Source: Malacoraja senta (Eukaryota). From it: a stretch of 64,000 nt of DNA. Location: positions 18,166,001 through 18,230,000 of the forward strand of contig CM075977.1 of NCBI GenBank assembly GCA_038087875.1, in the 5' to 3' direction. The notes under the pieces were generated by a model. It searched no databases, was not told where the DNA came from, and saw only the letters and a list, made by a program, of their open reading frames with translations. This document shows positions 1 through 12,512 of the stretch, one piece after another (within the stretch, counting starts at the first letter, position 1; each line of letters opens with the position of its first letter). The position numbers were made by a program, and so were the translations under genes.

Positions 1-170
1 GGATTTCCCCCTTATCCTTAAGCTGTGACCCCTTGTCCTGGACTTCCCCAACATCGGGAACAATCTTCCTGCATCTAGCCTGTCCAACCCCATAAGAATT
101 TTGTACGTTTCTATAAGATCCCCTCTCAATCTCCTAAATTCTAGCAAGTATAAGCCAAGTCTATCCAGTC
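1..170 (-). mobile_element. CR1 ORF2 3' fragment
   Basis: Similar to the CR1 3' pieces at 29670-29830. Confidence 0.75.
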
Positions 171-1019
171 TTGGTGTACTAAAACTGATTCTGTACATCA
201 ATAGGACATCAGCTGTTGAATCCACCAGAGTTCACCCCCACTAAAAGCATTAAACAAAATGTAATCCAAGGGTACAATTACATGGATTGTTGATCAACTG
301 TGACTTCCAACGGACAATGTAAATAATGTAAATAAAACTACAGCCACAAATATTTTTGCATAATTTTCTCAGCATCACATGACAGTTTGGGAAAGTATTT
401 TTTAAAACTTCCAACTTCTTCTCAATGTGTTGTTTTTCAAGACAACAGCATTCACTGTCAGAGGGTTTGGGAATGGAACTGAACATTCTGCAAATATCAT
501 CACTTCTGACATGTCGAGGAAGGAAAGGTTATTAATGAAACAGCAGGAAATTATTTAGCCTGAACCCTAAGCGACTTTGAGTCCTGAAAAGCGCTATATA
601 AATAAAATCTATTATTATTATTACTCTGAAGAATGCCATTGGTGAGGAATCCCAATTCTTGAAAACTGAACAAATAAAAAAAAGTATTTACTCTAATATC
701 CCATCTCTGGAATTCTGATTCTACCTAACATTGGCTATATTGAAATGTGAGCACTCTTGATTCTGTCTGGAAGCTGTGGGTTCATATCTAGAATCTTGGC
801 AAACACATAAATATTGTCGAGTATGCAATACACTGTGTTTTGAAACAAAGGATATGGAATCAAAACCCTCAATGACCTCTCAGTAAAACAAATCCATGCA
901 ATTATTTCCAAGAAAACCAAGCAAGTCATCTCCTGTGTACTGCTAACTATTCATTGACCAACACTTTATATTATCATGGACAGCTTGCTGAGTGCAAATC
1001 ACATGCTACATTTCCTACA

Positions 1020-1800
1020 TTACAAGAGAAAGGAGACCGATAATCTGGTTGAGTGGTACTAGAACAACAATCCGGCTCGCAACATTAGCAAGATCAAGGA
1101 GCAGTTTGTTGACTTCAGTAAGGGAGAGTTGAGAGACAACAAATGTTTTCATTTGTGATACAGCAACTTACAGAATCAACAACTTCAAGTTCCTTGATTA
1201 AACACATCACTGATGATCTGTCCTGGCCACCAATTCCTCTATATCTGAGGACGTTGAGGAGATTCGACATGATACTGAATACACAATCATACTGACTGAT
1301 TGGATCATGGCCTGGTTTAGAAAACTCAAATGCTTAAGAATGAAAGAGGCTGCAGAAAGTGCAGGTCATTCTCCAGTACATCATAGGTACTGACCTACCC
1401 ACCATCCAAGAAATCTCCAGGATCCGCTGCCTCAATAAGGCAGCTACTATCATCAATGACTCACAGCACACTGACCATGCTGTCTTCTCGCTGCTACCAT
1501 GAGGAAGAAGAGGCAGGAGCCTGAGAACTGTTATCTCTGGGTTCAAGAACAGCTTCTTCCCATCAGGTTCTTGAACCACACTGAAGAAACCTAACCACTC
1601 CCATGGATTTTCACTGCTATGCTTGCTCCACATATCAAGGTTACCCTAACATGGTCTAGCTTACTTGGAATTACTGCAAATTTATTACATATTTAGTTTG
1701 TGTTATTGTTGTGCCCAATGTCCCTGTAAAGCTGCAGCAAATAAGAATTTCATTGTTCTGGTTCATAACCAGTGCATTTGACAAATAAACCCTCCTGATT
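1020..1800 (+). mobile_element. Decayed Rex1/L2-type LINE 3' portion
   Basis: Remnant motifs aacttcaagttccttg, aggctgcagaaagtg and ttcaagaacagcttcttccc, with a tgacaaataaa tail. Confidence 0.65.
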
Positions 1801-4732
1801 TTTGTCTCGACTCTTGATGCATTTAAAAAGTCCTTCAGTGGCTGTAACACACGTTGGGATGTTCTGGGATAAGAAATGTGTTTTATAAATGGAAGTTTTC
1901 TTTTTCAGAACATACTAGTATTTAAAAATGGAGTCAAATAGACCTGGCAGCATCTGAACTGAGCATCGTTGAAGTGGTTACATGTGAGTAGACCACAGCT
2001 GTCAACTCCTTCCAACACTCTGCTGATGTTTGTGAGTGGGCCATAATACTGTACTTGACTTGGTTGGGTTTCTCTGATTTCAAGATAAGCTTTTGCAATA
2101 TTTCACCTTCTCAAGTAAATACCCGAGTTGGAACTGCATAGGAACCACAATGACCATGATTAAAATCCCTGTAACTGACCTGCATAACATTAAGTGTGCT
2201 TGTACAGGGAGGCTAGGATGCCTTACTACTCTACAGGTAGAAAGATTACAGCAGAATTTTCTGCGCAGCATGAAATATGGAGAAAGATCCCAAGAAAAGC
2301 CATGGTCTGGCATGGTATGTCAAGATGAGAGTGCTGAAACACATGAACTGCACCCTACATGTTCTGCCTTGAGTTGTAATACTCAGACTTATAAATAACA
2401 ACTTACTGACATCCCACAATCAGAGGCAGCATGCAAACACAATGTTATAACTTGACTACTGAGTGGACCTCTCATAAGCTAAGTGTGTAGTCCCAATCTC
2501 CCAACCTACCTCATGCGGCCCTTCCATTTTATTTTTAGCTGCACTTTCTCTGCAGTTGTAACACTGTAACACTATATTCTGCACTTGATATTTTTTTCTC
2601 TTTGCACTACCTGTTGTACTTGTGTATGGATTGATTGTACTCATGTACAGAGTGGCTTGACCCGACAGCATACAAACAAAGTTTTTCACTCTATCTCAGT
2701 ACATGTGATAATAATACACCAATACTACATCAATACCAGCAAGTAGTACTCTCCCACTAATACTTCATCTACTCAGCCCATTTCATACCTGAACTATATC
2801 CAGTAATACCCCTTTCCCTGATGGGCTCAGCGCATATTTGTCGCATTTCTGAAATGAACACATTTCTTTTGAACTTACACTGACATCTCAATCAATGTTG
2901 GGACACTTGAAATCCTTGAACATCACTATTCTTTAGTTCTTACCCATTACTATAATTTCCCTGTAAAGCGTGTGCATATTTTGTGTGTGTAGTGGGGGGG
3001 GGGGGGGGGGGGGGGTGGATTGTTGGGAGAGAGGGCTAGAGAATTGCATGAGAGAGCCATCTCCAATAACTAGAACATTGGTCCCTGTCTTGTTGAGGTG
3101 TACCTCATACAACTGAATCTCTATAAACAATCATACGCTTCTGTAGACCTGCATTAAATTAGTTTATGTTTCAATTTCTACTCTTGCACTGAGCGCAGAA
3201 AATATTCCATAGAATACTACTAAAGGTCTGACTTTCCTATTCCTGTCTCCTGAAGATGTGACAGTAGGAATACAATTCCTGTTCTATCCACATTCATGGT
3301 ACCACTTTATTAAAATATGTTGGATTAATCCATTCTTCCAAAGAATATTTGCTGTACCCAGTCACCAGGGAAACAAGACTTCACGTGGAGCTCAGGATAA
3401 AGAGTTACAGAAGTATTTGTCGTCTCCCCTAACTATAACATCTCCTATGGCAACTGTATTTGTATCCCTGCTGTTCCCACTAGTTCATGTACTTTACTGG
3501 CATGATCTTGGACTGTATTACTTGATGTTCCTCTAAACTTTAATGCTGAGCAACTGTATAAGAGGGGCACAGACCCTCAGGATTCCTCACTCCTTGCCCT
3601 TTTGAAAGAGCACCCGCATGTTGTCCTGAACTCTTTTTTGGCTTGATGTAAGATCCAGGAAATCCTCAGCTTGCCATAATGATGCACATAAAATACCGTG
3701 CTGCTCAAATTGGGAAATCCCTAGATTGTGCGTGATCACCTAAAGCCGCTTCCTGTACATATTACACATCCTAAAGTTTACACATGTTCCAAGGACTTGG
3801 CAGTCGGTCTCATCAACGCATCCATATTCATATATTTCTTCTGTATTCCCTTTTTGATTCATTATTTGTAAACTCTAATTGCATTACACCCATTGTATTA
3901 TTGCTTTTAACTTTATCTTGCCAATTTTCAAGTGCAATTATTCAATCAGCTATGTTTAATTGTTTTAAACTAGTTAAGAACCATACTTAAATTACTAATT
4001 ATAATTACACATTTCTTGCTGTAAGTAGTAATTTGACTGAGCTCCTTTTCTGGTTCATTTAATTCAATTGTTATTGTGTTCTTAATTTAATTCCATGTTT
4101 TTATATTTATTTTTAATTCTGAGCAACAATTCTTTCCCCCTCTTCAATGAATTTCCATGCATACCAAATCCAAGATCTCCACAATCTGCACTCTGTGCAT
4201 CAGTAAAAATGTCTTAGCTATAAACTCCTTCAAGGTACATCCAAATTCTCCAAATACTTCACCACCTTCTGCTGCCTGTAATTACCTCGTTACCAAGAAA
4301 CCTATTAAGCTGCCCACCTAAGTCCGAAGAAGGGTCTCGACCCAAAACGCCACCCATTTTTCTCTCCAGACATGCTGCCTGTCCCGCTGAGGTATTCCAA
4401 CTTTTTGCATCCATCTCCACCTAATTAACTGTTAGCTGCCACTGACAAGCAGAATACTATTGATTAACACTGTAAAATAAGTCATGTTTAGGTTAATTAC
4501 AAACTAATCTTAAAGACAAGTACATTTCTTTGAGCAAAAAATTAAAACTGAACGTCACATTGAGTTTATTCGTTCACCCTTTTCCCATGCCTCCCATGCC
4601 TCCCAACTTCCAAACCTTCACTGTTAAAGCTGCATTGCATGGAATCTGCACTGTGTGAATTCTCTGGATTAATGCATTCTACAATGTTGTTCCCATTTTA
4701 TCTTTCATCCTACATTGTTTTTTTTAAAGTTA

Positions 4733-5517
4733 TGGGCCTGTCCCACTTAGGCGACTTTTTAGGCGACTGCAGGAGACTATGCCGTCGCCACATGGTCGGC
4801 ACATGTTCGTGGGTGGTTGCCAGGTAGTCGCCTTCATGGTCGCGAGGAGTTCCCGCATTCTGGGAAATAGTCGCAGCCTCATTATGGTAGCCGCAAATTT
4901 TTCAACATGTTGAAAAATTAGCAGCGACTAGAATGAAGCCGCCATGCAGAGTTGCGAGAATTCTCATGCCATAGGTTGGTCACCAGGAGGCCCTAGTGGG
5001 TTGCCACGTGATTGAAGGATCTCGTACGTTGTAGCCGGTGCTGACTGGTGAATTTCATTGGCTCGTTGGGGGGAAAAAACGTAAGCAGTAGTTTTCAGAA
5101 CCAAGGCTAAACGAACGGTAAAGTTAAATGTCCGCCAAGCTTCACAGCCGTGTATCTCTGGCTTCTTAAAAGTTGTCTCCACTCCTTCTCCCTCGTTCAC
5201 CCCCCTCTCTCCCCATCTTTTAAAGGACTTACCGTACACTGTGCTTTTGCCGTCTTAATTACAGCGCCAACCTTCCTGTTCATCGCGGTGTGTGTCTGTA
5301 TCACCTTGGCTTTGCACCGTGTGAATTTCATTCAGACAGCGCTCCCCCCGCTTGCCCTGTCCCCCGCCTGCATAATGGGCTGGTGAAGGAAGCGATGAGT
5401 TTGTGTGTGTGTTCCACTATGACAGCCGCCGTTCCAGTTGCTGTTTTTTCAGGCGACTGCCAGCAACTTGACAGCGCCGGCAGTCACCTGAAAAATCACC
5501 TATGTGAGACAGGCCCA
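4733..5517. mobile_element. Non-autonomous PIF/Harbinger-type DNA transposon
   Basis: Imperfect TIRs tgggcctgtcccacttaggcgacttttt..ggcgactg and cagtcacc..aaaaatcacctatgtgagacaggccca. TTA TSD at 4730-4732 and 5518-5520. Confidence 0.85.
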
Positions 5518-6582
5518 TTAATAAGATTTAGTTGTGCTCCTAGAAAACTACCCATATCATGAATTTTCACAACTTAATCATCCTTTTTCCCCATTGAATC
5601 CTTTGTTCTATCTGGAGACGCATTCTTACAGGATGCTTTTCTTTCATATTAAGCCTTTTGTTTTAAAATTAGAAGCAATTGTACAAAGATAAAACATTCG
5701 GCATCTAAGATTATACAATTACTGTACAGCTTCATTTTTAACCTTATAACCTGAAAATGAAAAAAGAAAAGAAAAAGAGAACAAGAAAGGGAAAGAGTAA
5801 GAAGTGAAAAGATAGCTCGAAAAAGAACAAAGGTAAGACCCCTAAGCTACCAAAGTAGTGTGGCCGAAAGATATAGAGATAAGAAAAGAGAAAAAGAAAG
5901 GTGGAGATATACCTGCCCCTCGTCCCCCGCCCACCTCACCCAGGCCGGCATCGGATTTAGATTTAAATTTGTGTTGCGCCATGCTATTCTTGTAAGAATT
6001 CGGTGAAGGGTGTCCATGTCTTGAGAAATTGATCTGTTTTTTCCTCCAAGACAAGCCTAATGTTTTCCAAATGTATTGTCTCGGACATGTTTGTGATCCA
6101 CATCTTCACTGTAGGGACTGTTGTCTGTTTCCAAAATTTAAGTATTTGTTTTTTCGCCGTAATCAGGCCATAGTTAAGGAAACGTCTTTGAAATAGTGTT
6201 AGCTCAGAACAGGCTTCTGACATACCTAGTGTGATCAATTTTATGTCGGGGTCCAATTTTATTTTAAGTATTTTAGAAAAGATGTCAAATATCCCCCTCC
6301 AGAGAAAAGATGTAAAAAATCCCCCTCCAGAGGTTTGCCGATGGAATATGTAAATTTAAAAGGGTATTATAAAGGTACGATATTAACTTATTTGAATCTG
6401 ACTTTCTATTCATGCATTCATCTAGCATATCTGGACCCATAGAGTGACAATCTTGGGTGTGTATTTTCATATAGTCTCGTATTTGAAGATATCTAAAGTA
6501 TTGACTACCTTTCAAATGATATTTCGACTGTAATTCTTGAAACGCGAGGAGGATCCCCATCTCATAAAGATCTCCCAGCTTT

Positions 6583-8697
6583 AGACTCATATAATAAAAT
6601 ATCTTTATACGCGGATGATATATTATTGTATATTACAAAACCTCAAATCACTATACCAAATATATTAAATTTAATTGAAGACTTCGGATCTTTTTCTGGA
6701 TATAGAATAAATTGGAATAAAAGTGAAATTATGTCAATAAAACCGAAAGATTCAACACATCTTTTAAAATTCCCTTTTAAAATAGCTACAGAAAAATTTA
6801 AATATTTGGGAATCGAAATTACCAGAACATATCAAGGTATGTTCAGGGCAAATTTTGACCCCCTACTTAATAAACTGAATACATTAATTAAATTCTGGAA
6901 AACGCTCCCGATGTCTTTAATAGGCCGAATAAACGCAATAAAAATGATCTTTTTACCACAAATTTTATACCTATTTCAATCAACTCCTATATACTTACCT
7001 AAGAAGTTTTTTTAAAAAACTCGACTCGGATATCACTAATTTTATATGGGACTATAAATCACATAGAATACAAAAAACCCATCTGAATAAACCTAAAGTA
7101 TTGGGGGGTCTAGCACTACCTAATTTTATGTATTATTATTGGTCAGTAAATATTAAAAACATGATTCAACTGATGGATAACTCCGCCCAGCAAGTAGACT
7201 GGATTGTAATGGAGAAAGAGGATTGCTCCTCTAGAAACATTGGAGCGATCCTCCTCTCTCCAATGAAACTGAATAACATAAACTATAATAAGAACCCAAT
7301 TATTCATAGTACAATCCGTATTTGGAAACAAATAAAACAAAATTTAAAATTAAGAAACTTATCACTTTTATTACCTATAGTCAATAACCCTTCGTTTAGT
7401 CCTTCTATTATAGATAAAGCTTATACACAATGGGATAGACTAGGAATTAAAACGCTTGGTGACTTGTATGAAACTGGAAAATTACTTTCATTTCAACAAT
7501 TACAAATAAAATATAAACTCGGAAATAATCAATATTTTAAATACTTTCAAATATGCGACTATTTGAAAAAATATACAAAAGATCATTATAATAATCCAGT
7601 AGATGTATTGGACGAGGCAATGCAGATAAAAGCGGAATCAGCAAACTTAATATCATATTTGTATAATATTATTTTAAATGTACAAATACCACCTACGGAG
7701 GGTATCAGAAGAGACTGGGAACAAGAGTTAGCTATTAAAATTTCAAAGGAAAGTTGGAATGAATACTTATTAAACGTGCATAAATGCTCGATTAATGTAA
7801 GACACACTTTAATACAATTTAAAATTTTACATAGATTATATTATTCGAAAACTAAAATTCATAAAATTTTCCCAAACGTATCATCTATTTGTGATAAATG
7901 TCAATCCCAAGAAGCAACTATAGCGCACTCATTTGTCTTCTGTACAAAAATTCAAAAATTTTGGAATGAAATTTTTGAAATCTTTACAAAGTTATTTAAA
8001 ACAAGACTGATACCCAAAGCAGAATGGATTATCTTCGGAATAACGGAAGATGATCCAGAACTAAATGTGTTTCAAAAGAAATTAATGGACTATGGGTTAA
8101 TAACTGGAAAAAAGCTAATTCTAAAATTTTGGAAGAAGGCTCCAATACCAACTATAAATATGTGGATTTCAAATATGTTTGAAACATTACACCTAGAAGA
8201 GATAAGACTCCTCCTAGCAGGTAAACCAGATCACTTCCACCTGACGTGGTCTGCATTTATAGAATTATTACAAACATAGGGTGCAAAAGTACTTTAAAAA
8301 AATAAAAAATTGAGGTCAGGTAAGGGGGGATGATAGTTGAAGAGTTGGTATGTCCTATTTACGTGATGCTCAAAAAAAAACATTTGTTTCTCTTTTTTTC
8401 TCTTTCTCTTTTCTTTTCTTAGGGCCTATTTCTTAACTCTTTTTCTTTTTGTTTTTAATTTCGCTTTTATAGGGTCTTCGTCCTTTTTTGTTGTTACATT
8501 TTCTACACTTTTCTACACTTGCACTTTTTCCTTCACTTTCTTCTTTCTTTCAATCTTTTCTTTTTCTAGTGTAAAAAAATAAATAAAGGGAGTACATTAA
8601 TTGTAAGAAGATATATATGATGAGTATTAATGTATGTGGTTGTAATGTAATGTACTTCTAATAAATAAAAATTAAAAAAAAAAAAAAAAAAAAAAAA
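6583..8697 (+). mobile_element. 5'-truncated young L1-clade LINE inserted antisense within the older L1
   Basis: Starts at KISLYADDILLY (RT YADD). One +1 frameshift in a T7 run near 7007-7013. ORF continues through GGLALPNF and the CDKC..H....C knuckle to the stop at 8279. Then a T-rich 3' UTR, AATAAA and A24. Perfect TSD aaagatctcccagcttt at 6566-6582 and 8695-8711. Confidence 0.95.
6584..8279 (+). pseudogene. L1 ORF2 C-terminal half (RT motif C to Cys-rich domain)
   Basis: ORFs 6626-7015 and 7101-8279 join across a single frameshift. Confidence 0.9.
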
Positions 8698-10387
8698 GAT
8701 CTCCCAGCTTTTTAATTCCTAAGCTTTCCCATTGCGTAAACGCCTTGTCTGGAGTAGACGGTTTAAAGGAGGGATTATTGGCGACTGGTAAGAGGAGAGA
8801 TAAGTTTCTCAATTTAAGGGTTGATTTCAACAGTTACCAGATTCGTAAGGTGCTATGGATTATCAGATTTTTCTCATACGTTGATTTCTTCAGATTTATT
8901 GGAGAGAGAAGAATCGCGCCTATATTGAAAGGCAAACAATCTTTCCTCTCCATTTTTAACCAGTTTACTTGTTGGCATGTATCGTCCATCCAATAAATTA
9001 AATTTTTTATATTTGTTGCCCAGTAATAGAAAATAAAATTAGGGAAAGCCAGTCCGCCGATTTCTTTAGGTTTGCATAAATGTCGTTTGTGAATTCTGTG
9101 AGTTTTGTAATCACAGATAAAGTTTGTAATCGCAGTGTCGAGTTTTTTTAAAAAAGTTTTTAGGGAGAAAAATCGGTATTGATTGAAATAAGTACAGGAT
9201 TTGTGGAAGGAAAATCATCTTTATGGCATTTATTCTACCTATAAGGGAAATTGGAAGTGTTTTCCAAAATTGAATAAGGGCATATCAAGCCATTTTAACA
9301 GTGAAAATAGAGGGAAAGACCCATTACCTTTCTTTAACAGCTGAGGCCAACATTGGACTCAGGGAGGGATGGATGACATTCATGAAAAAGAAACAACAAA
9401 TGCTGTCAATTTCAATTTTTAGTCGCTCAATATTGTGGAGCAAATGAGATTTGGATATGTGGCAAATCATGACTTGCACATTAAGGGGCCGGTAACCGTT
9501 GCTCTTAATGAAGAGCTCCTGGTTCCAAAAGGAAGCCTGAAGCATCGTGTGAGTGTAATCCAACACTGACTTAGTCTCCTGGTCTTTGCTGAAGGAAAGG
9601 TCGATATCAGCAATTTCTCTAATGCTATAGGAGCAACAAACTGTGTGATAAAGATGCCTCCACCACATGGAAAGATCTGGAGGCTGGAAGCTGAGTGTGA
9701 TAGTGACCTTGACCTCCAAAGACAGAGCAAATCAGGACCAAGAGCTTGCTAGATTGTATCCATAGTGGGCCACAAATCTCCCTCATCTGAAATACAGAAC
9801 CTTGGCCACTGTCGACCCGAAAAAATATCAATTTTACAATGTAGAAAAATTGTTAGATCAATGTGATTTATTCTATTTTTGATCGAACACAAGCCACAGA
9901 AATAAAAGAGTGGATAGCACACAACACTAATCCTGTTGCATGGCTTTTTGAGCACAACCATTGCCATATTCCTAAACGAAGATTGTTGAAATCCTCCAAT
10001 CAAACAGCAGTGACATTGAAAGTCCTCTAATTTCAAACCTAACAGGGAAACTGAAGTTCCTCTTTTCCATTGTCCTAAGTACAATAAAACTAAAGACACA
10101 AAACGCGCAAATTAAACAATGTAAGTGAACATTCTGGAATTTGCTCGGACGTAAAATGCATGCATTTGCACGCATGTAATGTTCCGTTCATCATTGAGGT
10201 GATATTTCACATAATTTTAAATATAGTTTCTAACTTAGGTTGTGGCAAGCGCTTGACTTGCTCTTAATGCCACGTCAAAATTTGCCACAAATATATTTGG
10301 ATTCATTTTATTTTGCTTTCAATTTTGGCAGACTATGAGCAAAAATTAACCTGCCAAAAATATACAGCTTTACCAACAATTTAAGTG

Positions 10388-10523
10388 GGGTGGGAGATTG
10401 CAACCTTCACATGGTCCACCCTGTTTCGACTAATGCAATCAACCCGACATGCACAAACAAATAGATCAAATAGAGCAAGTTGACCTACAACTTTAGGCTG
10501 CGCACACCATACGCAAGAAGAAG
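10388..10523 (+). mobile_element. Short RTE-type retroposon 3' end
   Basis: Ends ccatacgc(aag)n. TSD aacaa(t/c)ttaagtg at 10375-10387 and 10524-10536. Confidence 0.65.
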
Positions 10524-10703
10524 AACAACTTAAGTGCTGGTTAATTAAACCTTTCCAAAATAATTAAACTTTATTACAACACTTCATTTGAAATAGATCA
10601 TCTAATTCCCCAAAAGCTGAAATATCGAAAACACAACCAGTTTAAAACAAATTTCAATAACTTTTAAATGCTAAATACAAAATAGTAAAAAATAGATTCT
10701 TAC

Positions 10704-10715
10704 CACTTTGTCTTC
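10704..10715 (-). CDS. RIMS2: 12-nt in-frame microexon (GAA GAC AAA GTG = EDKV) of the RIMS gene
   Basis: Minus strand reads ...tttcctgcctgctaccttgctcttcatgctttcttggattccAG|GAAGACAAAGTG|GTaaga. Phase 0/0 fits the upstream exon. EDKV is the insert found in RIM1 between RSNN and VMWVC. Confidence 0.85.
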
Positions 10716-10775
10716 CTGGAATCCAAGAAAGCATGAAGAGCAAGGTAGCAGGCAGGAAACAAAATTGAAAAATAA
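10716..10775 (-). promoter_or_regulatory. Polypyrimidine tract with four UGC motifs upstream of the microexon (SRRM3/SRRM4-type intronic enhancer)
   Basis: ccTGCcTGCtacctTGCtcttcaTGCtttcttggattccag, all within about 40 nt of the acceptor. Confidence 0.6.
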
Positions 10776-11249
10776 AGTATTATTTATTCAAGTGTGGAAG
10801 TGTAGCAAGATATTTCAGAATAATACGTGACAACATTTAAAGGACATAAAATACTGAGGTGCAAGCAAAACTCTAAAGGTAATATTCATAAAGGAAATTC
10901 GAGGTTTAATGAACAACAGAATATAACTGCCAAACATTAAAATTCAGGAAAATTATTACAAATAAAAGTAGTAATTTATGCATTACATGTTTCATAATTC
11001 ACTTTTTGGGAAACAGAAATCCATGTAAAATGTGTTTAAATAACAAATTGCCATTAATTTAGTTTTACAAAATTCAAAGATGTACAGAAAATTTAATTAA
11101 GGATCATCAATGTTGTACAAAACTAAATGAATTTTTTAAAAAGTGATGTTCGAAATTTGCAATAAAAACAGAAAATGCTAGAAATTCTTAGCAGGTAAAT
11201 ATCTTGAAGTTGAAGGGAAGTTGACTGGAATGTTAGATCACATAGAAAC

Positions 11250-11550
11250 AGGATGAGCTAACCAACTGGATACAAAATTGGATGGAAGGTAGGAGAGAGA
11301 GAATGGTGGGAGAGAGTTATTAATCCAGACTGGAGGTCTGTAACAAGTGGTGTGCCACAGGGATTGGTGTTGGAACCAGTGTTGTTAGTTATTTATAGTA
11401 ACAATCTGGATATGAATATTGGTGGCATGGTTAGTGAGTTTACAGATTACTTTAAAATTGGTGGTATAGTGGACAGTGAAGAAGATCATCAAAGATTACG
11501 ATGCGATCTTGATCAAAATGGGCCAATGGGCGGAGGAATGGCAGATGGTT
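11250..11550 (+). mobile_element. CR1 RT fragment
   Basis: [30 protein letters not shown]. Confidence 0.8.
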
Positions 11551-12104
11551 CTTATTGAATAGTTTGGCAATCTTGAGGGACAGAGGACCTTCATGTGCTC
11601 ATATATTCTATCATTGTTGAAATCTGACCAGTAATATAGCTATGTACTTGCTACACATTGGTATTATATCATTCTAAGAGACGGACTTTCTACAATTAGA
11701 CTGAACACTGGATTCTTTGATTCACCGCGGGAAAATAAAGAGAAAGGAGATTGGACTTTATTGCCTTCTATCACAGTGAGGAACATGGGGTATCCGCTGT
11801 GGTGGATGTTTATGTTAATTTTTATGTAGTTGTGTGTCTTGTTGCTTTTTTCAGTATGGCTGTATGATAATCTAAATGTCACTGTACCTTAATTGGTACA
11901 TGTGACAATAAACTGACCTTGAAACCTTGACAGAGCAGAGCAATTAAACAATGAATGCATAAAGTGAGTCTTAAGAGAACATGAAGTAACCCATTTCAGT
12001 AATTAAATAATTCAAGATGTAAAATAACTCATGATGTTACAATAGCGCTATTTGAAGAGCAGTGGATTTCCACCAATGTCAGAAAACCAATTACATATGG
12101 TTAG

Positions 12105-12512
12105 CAGACAAAAATGCTGGAGAAACTCAGCGGGTGAGGCAGGATCTATGGACCGAAGGAATAGGCGACGTTTCGGGTCAAGACCCTTCTTCAGACTGAT
12201 GTGGGGGGGGGAGGTCGGGAAAAAGAAAGGAAGAGTCGGAGACAGTAGACTGTGGGAGAGCTGGGAAGGGGAGGAGAAGGAGGGAGAAAGCAAGGATTAC
12301 CTGAAATTGGAGAAGTCAATGTTCATACCGCTGGGGTGTAAACTACCCAAGCGAAATATGAGGTGCTGCTCCTCCAATTTGCAGTGGGACTCACTCTGGC
12401 CATGGAGGAGGCCCAGGATAGAAAGATTGGATTTGGAATGGGACGGGGAATTGAAGTGCTGAGCCACCGGGAGATCAAGTTGGTTATTGCGAACTGAGCG
12501 GAGGTGTTGGGC
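12105..12512 (-). mobile_element. Penelope-like element 3' fragment (end of GIY-YIG plus pseudo-LTR)
   Basis: Highly similar to 30600-30840 joined to 31140-31300, without the inserts. Confidence 0.85.
12167..12194 (-). ncRNA. Minimal type-I hammerhead-ribozyme-like core in a Penelope pseudo-LTR
   Basis: CUGAAGA-A-GGGUC-UU-GACCC-GAAAC-GUC: conserved CUGANGA and GAAA boxes, stem II, palindromic ACGU stem III and a GUC site. Stem I is only about 2 bp. Confidence 0.6.

Larger units (their letters stand above)
5656..9280 (-). mobile_element. 5'-truncated L1-clade LINE (older host copy), split by a nested L1
   Basis: ORF2 C-terminal peptides on both sides of the nested insert (WKTLPISLIGRINAIKMIFLPQ; FRYLQIRDY; AKKQILKFWK..TWTPF). 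Flanked by imperfect TSD catat(t/c)aagcc(t/a)ttt at 5645 and 9281, with a canonical TTTT/AA site at 9293-9298. Confidence 0.88.

Noticed and set aside
7101-8279. Longest ORF (392 aa) as a host gene
   Set aside because: It is the C-terminal part of L1 ORF2, within a TSD-flanked, poly(A)-tailed insertion.
9324-9719. 131-aa minus-strand ORF as a protein-coding exon
   Set aside because: No recognisable homology, and its frame at the 9328 donor is phase 2, incompatible with the phase-0 RIMS2 junction.
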